The notes below the pieces were generated by a model. It searched no databases. It was not told the origin of the DNA and was given only the letters and a program-made list of their open reading frames with translations. The position numbers and the translations under genes were made by a program. 64,000 nt of DNA, taken from contig CP147778.1 in NCBI GenBank assembly GCA_037305845.1, positions 192,001 to 256,000 of the forward strand, written 5' to 3'. Positions within the stretch are counted from its first letter, which is position 1. Each line of letters opens with the position of its first letter. Positions 20,113 through 28,815 of this stretch are shown piece by piece. The DNA is from Candidatus Freyarchaeum deiterrae. Lineage in GTDB: Archaea; Asgardarchaeota; Jordiarchaeia; Jordiarchaeales; Jordiarchaeaceae.

Positions 20113-21606
20113 ATGTCGGAGAAATATGATGCGATAGTGATTGGAGCGGGTCTTGGAGGACTTTCTTCTGCCGCCACACTTGCCAAGAATGGACAAAAAG
20201 TACTGCTTCTTGAAAAGCATTATAGGCCCGGTGGATATGCAGGTAGTTTCGTGAGAGGGAGATTCGAGTTTGAAATCGCACTGCATGAACTGTCGGGTCT
20301 AGATCTCGACGGCAAGCGTGGTTTTTTCTATAAGGCTTTGGAAAACCTTGGTGTAACAAAGAGGGTAGATTTCATCAAACTTGACACATTATACCGCTCC
20401 GTCTTCCCTGACCTAGAAGTCACGATTCCCGTAGGAAGAGAAAATGCGGAGGGAGTGTTGCTCGACACTTTTCCCCATGAGTCGGAGGGAATAAAGCGTT
20501 TCCTAGACAGAATGAGTAATACCAACGATGCTCTGAGTATGATGCAGCGCGGTGAACTGTCTAAAAAGGAAATTCAGGAGAACTTCTTTGCATACAAGGA
20601 TAAAACTCTAGCGGAGGTGCTTAACGCAGATGTTAAAGACCCCAAAGTCCGCGCTGTGCTCGCCCAGCTCACGGGCTACTTCGGTCTACCACCCTCAAAA
20701 CTTTCGTACGTAATATACGCAACCGGCTTTTACACCTACCTCCGCTACGGTGGAGCCCAAATCCGAGGTACCTCCCAAACACTATCCAACGCTTTTGTGG
20801 ACATCATCCAAGAATTGGATAGCGAGGTCAGATTTAACTGCGGAGTCAAAAAAATCCTCACGGAGGGAGGTAGAGTAACCGGAGTGATAACAGACAAGGA
20901 GGAGAGCATAAAATCGCACCATATTATCTCAAACGTTAACCCTATAACAACCTGCGCAGAACTAATCGGAGTGGACAAGTGCCCTCCCTCAATATTCCAA
21001 ACCATGCAAAAAAAAGAAATCGGGCTCGGAACAACTTGCGTCTACATGGGATTAGATATCTCGCATGAGGAACTGGGAATAGACGAGTTCGAAACATTCA
21101 ATAACTCCAGCTATGATTTAGACGCCTTTTTAGAAAAGGGAAGTAAGAGCATTGAACCAGAGGATGTAGGACTTACTATCTATAATGTCGCCTACCGAGA
21201 TGCCTCGCCTCCAGGAACCACAATAGCTGTGAATACCTCTCTAAGCTACGCCGAACCCTGGTATAAAATACCACCCTCAGAATATGTTAACGCCAAGAAC
21301 AGGGTGGCGGACTTGATGCTAACCAAAGCGGAAAAACTAGCACCCGGAATAAGAGAACACATAGAAGTCGTCGAGGTATCCACACCATTAACCAACATAA
21401 GATACACAGGCAATCCCAGCGGTTCTATCATGGGAACAACTTACGCTCCAAATGACAGTATAATGTACCGGCTGCCCCAGGAAGGACCCTTTAAGGGGCT
21501 TTACTTTACAGGAGCCTGGACTCAGCTTGGTGGCGGCTTCCAGACTTGTATGATGTCGGGTATGATGGCGGCTCAGAAGGTAATAGCTGAGATGACCAAA
21601 AAATAA
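20113..21606 (+). CDS. FAD-dependent oxidoreductase, phytoene desaturase-like family
   Basis: GAGLGG dinucleotide fold, EKHYRPGG, STPLT..RYT, GLYFTGAW...GGG. Confidence 0.88.
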   Translation: MSEKYDAIVIGAGLGGLSSAATLAKNGQKVLLLEKHYRPGGYAGSFVRGRFEFEIALHELSGLDLDGKRGFFYKALENLGVTKRVDFIKLDTLYRSVFPDLEVTIPVGRENAEGVLLDTFPHESEGIKRFLDRMSNTNDALSMMQRGELSKKEIQENFFAYKDKTLAEVLNADVKDPKVRAVLAQLTGYFGLPPSKLSYVIYATGFYTYLRYGGAQIRGTSQTLSNAFVDIIQELDSEVRFNCGVKKILTEGGRVTGVITDKEESIKSHHIISNVNPITTCAELIGVDKCPPSIFQTMQKKEIGLGTTCVYMGLDISHEELGIDEFETFNNSSYDLDAFLEKGSKSIEPEDVGLTIYNVAYRDASPPGTTIAVNTSLSYAEPWYKIPPSEYVNAKNRVADLMLTKAEKLAPGIREHIEVVEVSTPLTNIRYTGNPSGSIMGTTYAPNDSIMYRLPQEGPFKGLYFTGAWTQLGGGFQTCMMSGMMAAQKVIAEMTKK

Positions 21607-21684
21607 GAGAAAAAACTACTGAAATTAAACCTAAAGACTATACTACGCCAAGGAATTTGGCTTCATTAAAAATTATAATTTTTA

Positions 21685-21767
21685 ATTGCGCGATTCTAGT
21701 TGAATCTTATAAGATATAAAAGGATTTGAAAAATTAGTAATTTAGTATAATGGTAAAACTTATTAAA
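21685..21767 (+). promoter_or_regulatory. Conserved promoter copy 0 (ATTGCGCGAT, TTATTAAA 75 nt downstream)
   Basis: Palindrome starts 21685, TATA starts 21760; same spacing as the three other copies. Confidence 0.7.
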
Positions 21768-21789
21768 TTTATGTGTAAGTAGATTGATA

Positions 21790-22160
21790 ATCGAGTCCAA
21801 AATGTTTCCCAACTTAACCCGACAAATCTCAGACCCACCGGGAAACATTGACGGATGAGAAAACGAATCCAAAAATAAAAATGACAATGGTTGTCAACTC
21901 CCACGAAGAGTATATGCACCCACGCACCCGAAAATGCTTACCTGGGAAGGAAAAGGCCCGAGGGGACCAGGGGGATTCCCAGGCGAGCAACTCCATTTTC
22001 ATTAAAACCTCTAACTAGTCACAGATGTAACTTCTAAACTTTCCAGAATTTGGTGTTCTATACTCCATTATGGTTTGAAATGTGGGACATTGCACTGCTG
22101 GTAGGTGGCTTCACAACTTCCCGTGGGAACCGGCGAAGGTAATGTAATAACCCGAAAGAT
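21790..22160 (+). ncRNA. Candidate structured ncRNA (divergent relative of copies 1-3)
   Basis: Stems AATGTTTCCC/GGGAAACATT, TGACAA/TTGTCA, TGCTTACCTGGGAA/TTCCCAGGCGAGCA, CATTGC..TGCTGGT/ACCGGCG..GTAATG; shares CACGCACCC.AAAA with copies 1-3; lies behind the shared promoter; no credible ORF; ends approximate. Confidence 0.55.
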
Positions 22161-22318
22161 AATGAAAAATGGGAAAGAAGGATAAATTATAAAACTAGTG
22201 CTGTAAAAACTGCAACTCGTAAATTTAAGAAAATAGAGTGGGCCTTGAAAAAATCCATATTAAATTCAAGAACGATGAATGGATCGACTAAGGACTAATT
22301 ACTCTTTTTTTCCAGATT

Positions 22319-22897
22319 TTACCACATTTTTCCTTTGTAATGCTGCATTATGGGGCAACCGAGGCACTTTTTTTCTTTGTATCTCTTGCATTCGGTGCAA
22401 AGGTATTCGGATCCGCAGAGCGGTCTATCCATAATGTTTATTTTCATTTGGTAGGGAAGGTTTAGGTCCTTTGCGGCTGAAATTATAATGTTGAATTCGA
22501 CGTCTTTGACCTCTGGTAGTCGTCCTAGGTGGCATTCCACTACCGACTGGAGGGTTGATATATCCTCGCCTATGAGAAGCATGAAGACGCTATTTTTTCC
22601 TGATATTGTGAATCCGTTGAAGAAGTGTGGACAATTTTTGAAAATTTCCAATATTTTTTCGCTGTCTGTAGTGGAAACCTCGACTTTGGCAATATAGAGT
22701 CCCATTTTTAGGGGATTTACTCCGCAAATCCTCTGGAATACGCCCATCTCCTTCAGTTTTTTTAGCCTCATAGCTACTGAGGGTTGGGACAGCTTAATGA
22801 TCTCTGCTATTTGTTCCTGAGGAATATCTGGGTCTTCGCTCAGAAGCGATAATATCTCACGGTCTTTCTCATCCAGTTTAACTGCGGGCTCTGCCAT
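22319..22897 (-). CDS. Lrp/AsnC-family transcriptional regulator with Cys-rich C-terminal extension
   Basis: LDEKDREILSLL..LSQPSVAMRLKKL HTH, RAM domain, C-x5-C-x2-C-x7-C-x2-C tail. Confidence 0.9.
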   Translation of the reverse strand: MAEPAVKLDEKDREILSLLSEDPDIPQEQIAEIIKLSQPSVAMRLKKLKEMGVFQRICGVNPLKMGLYIAKVEVSTTDSEKILEIFKNCPHFFNGFTISGKNSVFMLLIGEDISTLQSVVECHLGRLPEVKDVEFNIIISAAKDLNLPYQMKINIMDRPLCGSEYLCTECKRYKEKKCLGCPIMQHYKGKMW

Positions 22898-22941
22898 ATC
22901 TATTTACCAATTATGGAAATTCTTTCCAGAGTTATAAGAAT

Positions 22942-23024
22942 ATTGCGCAATTTCCGTTAAATCAAATAATTTATAATGAATTTGGCTAAAATAATAATAA
23001 AATATATTAGTTATTTTTATTAAA
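22942..23024 (+). promoter_or_regulatory. Conserved promoter copy 1 (ATTGCGCAAT, TTATTAAA 75 nt downstream), overlapping the divergent Lrp promoter
   Basis: Palindrome 22942-22951, TATA starts 23017. Confidence 0.75.
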
Positions 23025-23046
23025 TAGTTGTACGCTAATTAAAATA

Positions 23047-23400
23047 CGAGAAGCATAGACAAAAACAAGTTTCAACTAACCACACAAAAACCAGGAGAAT
23101 CCACCTGGAAGGTTTAGAAAAACCGTCAAGAAAACTATTCCCCAAGAAAGTGCTATGGCTCCCGCTAAGCTTACTTGAGGGGTGGGCCCCGAATTGCTGG
23201 GGAGGAGGCCCCCCCTAAGTAAGCACAAACCTCGGATGGATGCGCTCAAACGAGAATGCAGTCGATGACTCACGAGTTTAGATGCGTGAATGAAAGAGCT
23301 TCGCAGGCTAGCAATAGTATTATGTTTATTGCTGACCACCCACCCTCTCTCCCTCGCACAGTCTGTGGAGCCCCATTAAACACGCACCCAAAACAGAGTG
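23047..23400 (+). ncRNA. Candidate two-domain structured ncRNA, copy 1
   Basis: Hairpin 23169-23224 containing TGCTGGGGAGGAGG; long stem 23284-23385 enclosing the invariant TGACCACCCACCCTCTCTCCCTCGCA; ends approximate. Confidence 0.7.
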
Positions 23401-23561
23401 ATTAAAAACGGACATGACAAGTTGTGCAGAAGTTTAACAAATGTTACTGAGAATAGAAACAAAGACCTGAACACAGAAAGAGACGAATCAACGCATGACC
23501 CTTTATGAAAAACATCATTAAAACTCAAGAAGTATAACTAAAAAGTTAAGGAGGCAAATGG

Positions 23562-23720
23562 ATGACAAATACTCTTACTATAAGAGAAAAAGCCACACTG
23601 GTAGTGGACTTCGATACCTGGAGAGACTTGAACCAGCTCAAAACCGAACTCGGTCTAAAAACCATTGACGATACCATAAAACATTTAATAAAAGAAAACG
23701 GTAACGGCGGCAAGAAGTAG
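23562..23720 (+). CDS. 52-aa ribbon-helix-helix-like micro-protein (not in ORF track)
   Basis: MTNTLTIREKATLVVDFDTWRDLNQLKTELGLKTIDDTIKHLIKENGNGGKK; AAGGAGG RBS at 23548. Confidence 0.75.
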   Translation: MTNTLTIREKATLVVDFDTWRDLNQLKTELGLKTIDDTIKHLIKENGNGGKK

Positions 23721-24115
23721 AAGCTTTCAAATGCAACGTACATCTATTCAATCTTTCTAGTAAAATGATGTATGCATAGTCAGTTCCTCTGTTTTGCACT
23801 ATCTTTTGATTGTAGAGGTGTAAAGGATTAGGTGAGAATGAATGCCAGAAGTTTATTGTGAGATTAAGAAACGGAAGGTTGATGGGGGATTCTGCGCATA
23901 CATGTGTGAACTCCCAGAAACCGAAAAGAAGATCGCTTACAATCCCTTCAGAGGGATACAAACAGACTGCAGCTTCAGCAAGGAATCCTCATAAACAGAA
24001 GAAGTCAGTATAAATGCCAGATTAGGGCATAGTTCATTTTAGCGAGTCGTCTGCGGTTGAGGAGCATCCCGGCGCACTTTGCAGCCTTTTCTTAGCTATG
24101 CCGATCAATCTGCTA

Positions 24116-24481
24116 CTATTGTAAGTGTTCTTTGATTATACTTAGCAGGTTTTCAATTTTTATAGGTTTGAGTATGTAACCGTCTGCACCCTTGTTTACG
24201 GCTTCGATGGCGCTCCGCATTGTAGGATAGCCGGTAACCATAATTTTGACCATTTTGGGGCTGGCATCATTAATAGCAGCCAGAAGTTTTGTTCCTTCCA
24301 TGTCCGGAAGTCGAACGTCTATTAATGCTAGGTCGTAAGAATTGGTCTTGGTTTTTTCGATTGCTTCATTTCCATTTTCTGCCGTGTCGACGGTGTATCC
24401 TTCTTCTTCTAGTATTTTTGTTAGGATGCTTCTTATGCTTTCATCGTCATCGACAACAAGAATACTGGCAGGCCCACCCAT
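24116..24481 (-). CDS. Stand-alone response regulator (receiver domain)
   Basis: ILVVDDD, LIDVRLPDMEG, MVTG, YILKP. Confidence 0.93.
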   Translation of the reverse strand: MGGPASILVVDDDESIRSILTKILEEEGYTVDTAENGNEAIEKTKTNSYDLALIDVRLPDMEGTKLLAAINDASPKMVKIMVTGYPTMRSAIEAVNKGADGYILKPIKIENLLSIIKEHLQ

Positions 24482-25004
24482 ACTACTCCCACCATTAATT
24501 TTTGTATTTGATTAGAAGATTTCCAAAGTCCCGCATTTTCCAATAGCGCCTTCCGCGTAGATCCATTCATAGTACATTTTTCGCAGTATCGAATAATAAT
24601 ATTTTATAAACCTTGCAAGAATCTACGCTGCACCGTTTTCTACTTTTTCTGAAAAGTCAAATTCTCCTATACGTATATAATCAATGGTTTTTCTTCAGAA
24701 ACTTTTATGGCTCCCAGATTTAATATTATTATTAATCAGTCTAATCATCTTTTTAAGGCGGAAAGCTTCATTTAACTGCCACACTTCTCCTATAAAAAAC
24801 TATTCAAAAAGTATAATAAAAAAGATATTTTATTCACGCTTTATAGATTTAAATGAGCGCTAATAGTTGAGAAATAAATTAGTAGACGATTATAATTGCA
24901 AAAATACAGGCTTCAAATGGAATTTAATTCGAATCTTGAACAGGTCCACAAACCATATCCAAAAGTTGAGGCTAAATTCCGGGGACAATACAGAGGAGCT
25001 AAAT

Positions 25005-27158
25005 ATGGGAAAATTGGTAGAGAAAACGGAACCCGTTAAAATGCGAAAATCAGGGATCGAAGTTCTGGGCGACATCCCTTGGGGAACACACCTCTGTCAA
25101 TTCTACGAAACCAAGGAAGACCTGCTCGATATTCTAGTGCCCTACTTCGCTGAGGGCCTAAGAGACAATGAATATTGTATATGGGTTACTGCCCCACCCT
25201 TGGACACCGAGGAAGCAAGGGCATCGCTTCAGGAAGCGGTTACCGAATTGGAAAATTATGTGGAGAAGGGGCAGATTGAGATTCTTCCATACACGGATTG
25301 GTATCTTCTCAATGGAGAGTTTGACGAGAACAGGGTTCTTAATGGATGGGTGGAGAAAGAGAAAAGTGCCCTCGAGAGGGGTTTTGAGGGAATACGTCTT
25401 ACGGGGAACTTTATTTGGAGTGAAAAGAAATTTTGGAAAAAGTTCGTAGCATATGACGCAAAAATTAGTGAAATAATTGGAAGGCACCGAATGATTGCTA
25501 TCTGCGCTTACTCTCTTGAGAAATGCACCGGAAACGATATTGCTGATGTTATAAGAAACCATGGGAACGCACTGATTAGAAAGGGAAAATCATGGTTCTT
25601 AGTTGAAGACAGTTCGAAACATAGATTGGAAGATAATAAAGTCGTTGGCAGCCTGACAAAGTTAATGAGAAGCGAAGAGAAATATCGGCAACTAATAGAA
25701 AATTTGAATGAAGGGATTTGGCTCATCGATAAGGAATCCAGGACTACCTTCTGCAATGAGCGTATTTCGGAGATTTTGGGATACACGGTGGACGAGATGA
25801 TTGGTAGGAATTTATTTTCGTTCATGGATGAACACGGTGTGGAGATTGCCAAAAAACTGTTAGAACGCCGCAGAGAGGGAGTAAGAGAGGATCATGATTT
25901 CGAATTTATTCGTAAAGATGGGGCAAGGATTTACACGCGTTTAGGTACGTCACCAATCATAGACGAAAATGGAAATTATGCTGGTGCGCTTGCTGCGGTC
26001 ATAGACATCACAGAACGCAGGCGTATGGAAGAAGAACTGGAGAATTCGGAAAAGCGTTATAAGGAACTGTTCAACAACACTGGTGACGCCATCTTCATCC
26101 ATGACTTGGAAGGTAAATTTCTAGAGGTTAACCGTGTAGCCTGTGAACGCCTCGGCTACAGCCGGGAAGAATTCCTACGGATGAGCCCAATGGACATAGA
26201 CACTCCAGAATATGCAGCCATAGTACCTGAACGGATGGAGGAGCTACGCCAGAAAGGTCAAATCATATTCGAAACGGCTCACTTGAGACGCGACGGCTGC
26301 GACTGCATCCGCATACCCACCGAACTGAGCAGTTGCCTCATTGAGTATGATGGAAAGCCAGCTATCCTCAGCATCGCCAGAGACATCACCGAGCGTAAGA
26401 GAATGGAGGAGGAGCTCAGACGTTACTCCGAGCACCTTGAGGAATTGGTCGAAGAGAGAACAAGAAAGCTGAGAGAAGCCGAGCGGATGGCCGCTATTGG
26501 TGAGACTGCGGCCATGGTGGGCCATGACCTCCGCAACCCGCTGCAGAGCATTTTCGGCTTACTTTATTTAGCTAATAAAAACTTGAATTCTCAAGCCACT
26601 TCAAATGGGAAACAGAAAAATGACTTGGCTGAGTTGTTGCAAACAATCGAGGGACAGGTGGACTACATGAACAAAATTGTTTCTGATCTAGAGGATTACG
26701 CGAAGCCAGTGAATCCCCAACTGGTTGCGACGAGCGTACACCAGCTAATCGATGACACATTCTCAGCGAGAACAATTCCTGAAAATGTTAGAGTCTACAT
26801 GGGAATTGAGGAGGACTTACAACTGGCGATTGACCCCACTATGATGCGGCGTGTATTAGCCAACTTGATTGAAAACGCAGTTCAAGCCATGCCAAACGGA
26901 GGCCAGCTGAAGATAAAAGCTTCCAAAAAGGGGGACTCTGTACTTATAGGTGTAGAGGACACAGGTGTGGGCATACCGGGAGAGAATCTGTCCAAACTTT
27001 TCCAGCCGCTATTCACCACCAAGGCTAAGGGGCAGGGGCTCGGATTAGCCGTCTGCAATAGGCTGGTGGAAGCCCATGGTGGCAGCATTACGGTGGAGAG
27101 TGAGGTGGGTAAAGGCTCAACCTTCACAGTCGAAATACCGCTTAAAAAGATGAATTAA
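25005..27158 (+). CDS. MEDS-PAS-PAS histidine kinase (HK1)
   Basis: PWGTHLCQFYE MEDS motif, two PAS/PAC domains, GHDLRNPL H-box, N/G1/F/G2 boxes; start placed at ATG 25005 by the GAGGAG RBS and alignment with HK2. Confidence 0.92.
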   Translation: MGKLVEKTEPVKMRKSGIEVLGDIPWGTHLCQFYETKEDLLDILVPYFAEGLRDNEYCIWVTAPPLDTEEARASLQEAVTELENYVEKGQIEILPYTDWYLLNGEFDENRVLNGWVEKEKSALERGFEGIRLTGNFIWSEKKFWKKFVAYDAKISEIIGRHRMIAICAYSLEKCTGNDIADVIRNHGNALIRKGKSWFLVEDSSKHRLEDNKVVGSLTKLMRSEEKYRQLIENLNEGIWLIDKESRTTFCNERISEILGYTVDEMIGRNLFSFMDEHGVEIAKKLLERRREGVREDHDFEFIRKDGARIYTRLGTSPIIDENGNYAGALAAVIDITERRRMEEELENSEKRYKELFNNTGDAIFIHDLEGKFLEVNRVACERLGYSREEFLRMSPMDIDTPEYAAIVPERMEELRQKGQIIFETAHLRRDGCDCIRIPTELSSCLIEYDGKPAILSIARDITERKRMEEELRRYSEHLEELVEERTRKLREAERMAAIGETAAMVGHDLRNPLQSIFGLLYLANKNLNSQATSNGKQKNDLAELLQTIEGQVDYMNKIVSDLEDYAKPVNPQLVATSVHQLIDDTFSARTIPENVRVYMGIEEDLQLAIDPTMMRRVLANLIENAVQAMPNGGQLKIKASKKGDSVLIGVEDTGVGIPGENLSKLFQPLFTTKAKGQGLGLAVCNRLVEAHGGSITVESEVGKGSTFTVEIPLKKMN

Positions 27159-27418
27159 GCTGAACAAGAAAAGTTATAGATTTTAAAAAATCTCTCTAAA
27201 ACTGGAGCTAAAAAAATAACTTAAATCTCAAAAACAAGCATCAACAAATTTTTAAATTAGAGTGCCTCGAGGAGTAGCAGCCTAAGCTAATAGTCCGGTA
27301 ATTTGCTATTGGAAATTTATGGCTCTTCGTATAGAAGAGTTGATGTTTCATGCACTTTTGTGCAGTACAAGAATCTGTTTTGCTATTTTTCATGAGGTTT
27401 CTGTTGAATTATAAGAAT

Positions 27419-27501
27419 ATTGTGTAATTTCAATTAAATTAAATAATTTATAACAAAATTTTCAATAATAATAATAAATTATCATAGTTAGTTTTATTAA
27501 A
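27419..27501 (+). promoter_or_regulatory. Conserved promoter copy 2 (ATTGTGTAAT, TTATTAAA 75 nt downstream)
   Basis: Degenerate palindrome starts 27419, TATA starts 27494; flanks align with copy 1. Confidence 0.72.
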
Positions 27502-27524
27502 TAGTTTTGCTCTAATTAAAATAC

Positions 27525-27872
27525 AAGGAGCTTTAAAAAAATCTCAGAACCGTCCACTTGGGAGGCATACAAGGACCAGCAGGGAATTCCCCCGAGAAAA
27601 CGCTGGCTCCAGCTCTGCTTGCGGGAAGGGGGATTTAAAACTGCTTGGGGCGGAGGACTCCTAAATGTTGGGAGGAGGCCCCCCACCTTAAGCCCGCGTC
27701 CTCCAGAATGGGCGACTTCAGTGATCCAGTAATACAGAACTAAAAGTTTAAAGCGTGAATGAAAGAGTTTCACAGACCCCAAATAATATTAAGATAATGG
27801 ATAGATGACCACCCACCCTCTCTCCCTCGCACGGTCTGTGAAGCTCCATTAAACACGCACCCAAAACAGAGT
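27525..27872 (+). ncRNA. Candidate two-domain structured ncRNA, copy 2
   Basis: Hairpin 27643-27693 with TGTTGGGAGGAGG; stem GAGTTTCACAGACC/GGTCTGTGAAGCTC within 27753-27858; invariant 26-mer at 27806-27831; ends approximate. Confidence 0.7.
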
Positions 27873-28035
27873 GCCTAAAAAGACTAAAATGACGAATTCC
27901 ATAGCGCATCAGAGAGAGCACAAGCGGTATGAATAAAAACAACTAACCAAAAAACGAATTGAAGTATGACTTTTACGAAAAAAATCATTAAAGCTTTTGA
28001 AAAGTTGATTAAAAAAAAATTAGTGATGAACATAA

Positions 28036-28188
28036 ATGCTCAAAAGGAATAATAGAATAGAAAAAACTACACTGGTAGTGGACCTTAATGATTTAATCTT
28101 GAAAGAACACAGTGCTCTGAAGCAGATCCTGAAAGAAATCACAAAGGATTACTATTCAATACAGCGAAAGAACACAATCTCTCAGTAA
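28036..28188 (+). CDS. 50-aa micro-ORF related at its N-terminus to 23562-23720
   Basis: MLKRNNRIEKTTLVVDLNDLILKEHSALKQILKEITKDYYSIQRKNTISQ; shares EK(A/T)TLVVD and upstream DNA with the copy-1 ORF. Confidence 0.5.
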   Translation: MLKRNNRIEKTTLVVDLNDLILKEHSALKQILKEITKDYYSIQRKNTISQ

Positions 28189-28815
28189 ACGTTGAAAGCA
28201 CGGCTGTAAAAAAGGAGTAATTCTTACAAAACATTCAATTAGACTAAAAAGTCTGGAAGCAAGAAGACGCGCCTGTAAAGATTATTGTCGACCACTATGA
28301 AAGTGTAAGGAAAGATTTAACAAACATGAGCGAAAGGAGAATACGTTTTTGAAGAAAAAACGATCGAGCCCGAGCCCCAAACGCTTTAATAGTTTTAGCG
28401 TCTCTGCCCTCTGATTTTAAACTATTTCATTTCATTAAGTGTTTTATAGCTTGGTCAATGGTTTTAGACTGGGTTCGGTTTTTAGCTTGCTCAAAGCTCT
28501 CCAAGTATAAATTCTGAATACGACCAATCGGAATTTATTACTTCGAAGGATGCCTATAATTTTTATAATATTTCCAATTAATTTTTATCAAATACGCAAC
28601 CCTTTTAAATGAAGACTTCTTGCAGTTTTATTAAATAAGAACTATTTAGAATATTATGATAAAATAGTTAGTGTTAATTAAGCGGTAAGAGTTAGAAATA
28701 GGGTATATAAAAAATTTTTAAAAAACCTCACTGGTATGAGAAGCTAACATTAAACCAGTTGGCATCATATTTAGAGTTAAGAGAAGTCTGAGGGAAGAAA
28801 GGAAGAGGTTAAGGT

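Noticed and set aside
23076-23339. Minus-strand ORFs over the repeated elements (also 27516-27782 and 27748-27942)
   Set aside because: Reading frames are not conserved between copies. The shared GGLLP is only the translation of the conserved GGGAGGAGGCC motif, and substitutions preserve base pairing rather than codons.
23284-23398. The repeated RNA as an H/ACA or C/D guide, or a SECIS element
   Set aside because: ACA does not directly follow the basal stem. I found no consistent K-turn or C/D pair (ATGATGA occurs only in copy 3), no tandem GA quartet, and no upstream UGA-containing selenoprotein gene.
24867-25004. N-terminal extension of HK1 in the ORF track
   Set aside because: The paralog HK2 begins at the position equivalent to ATG 25005, which also has a GAGGAG RBS.
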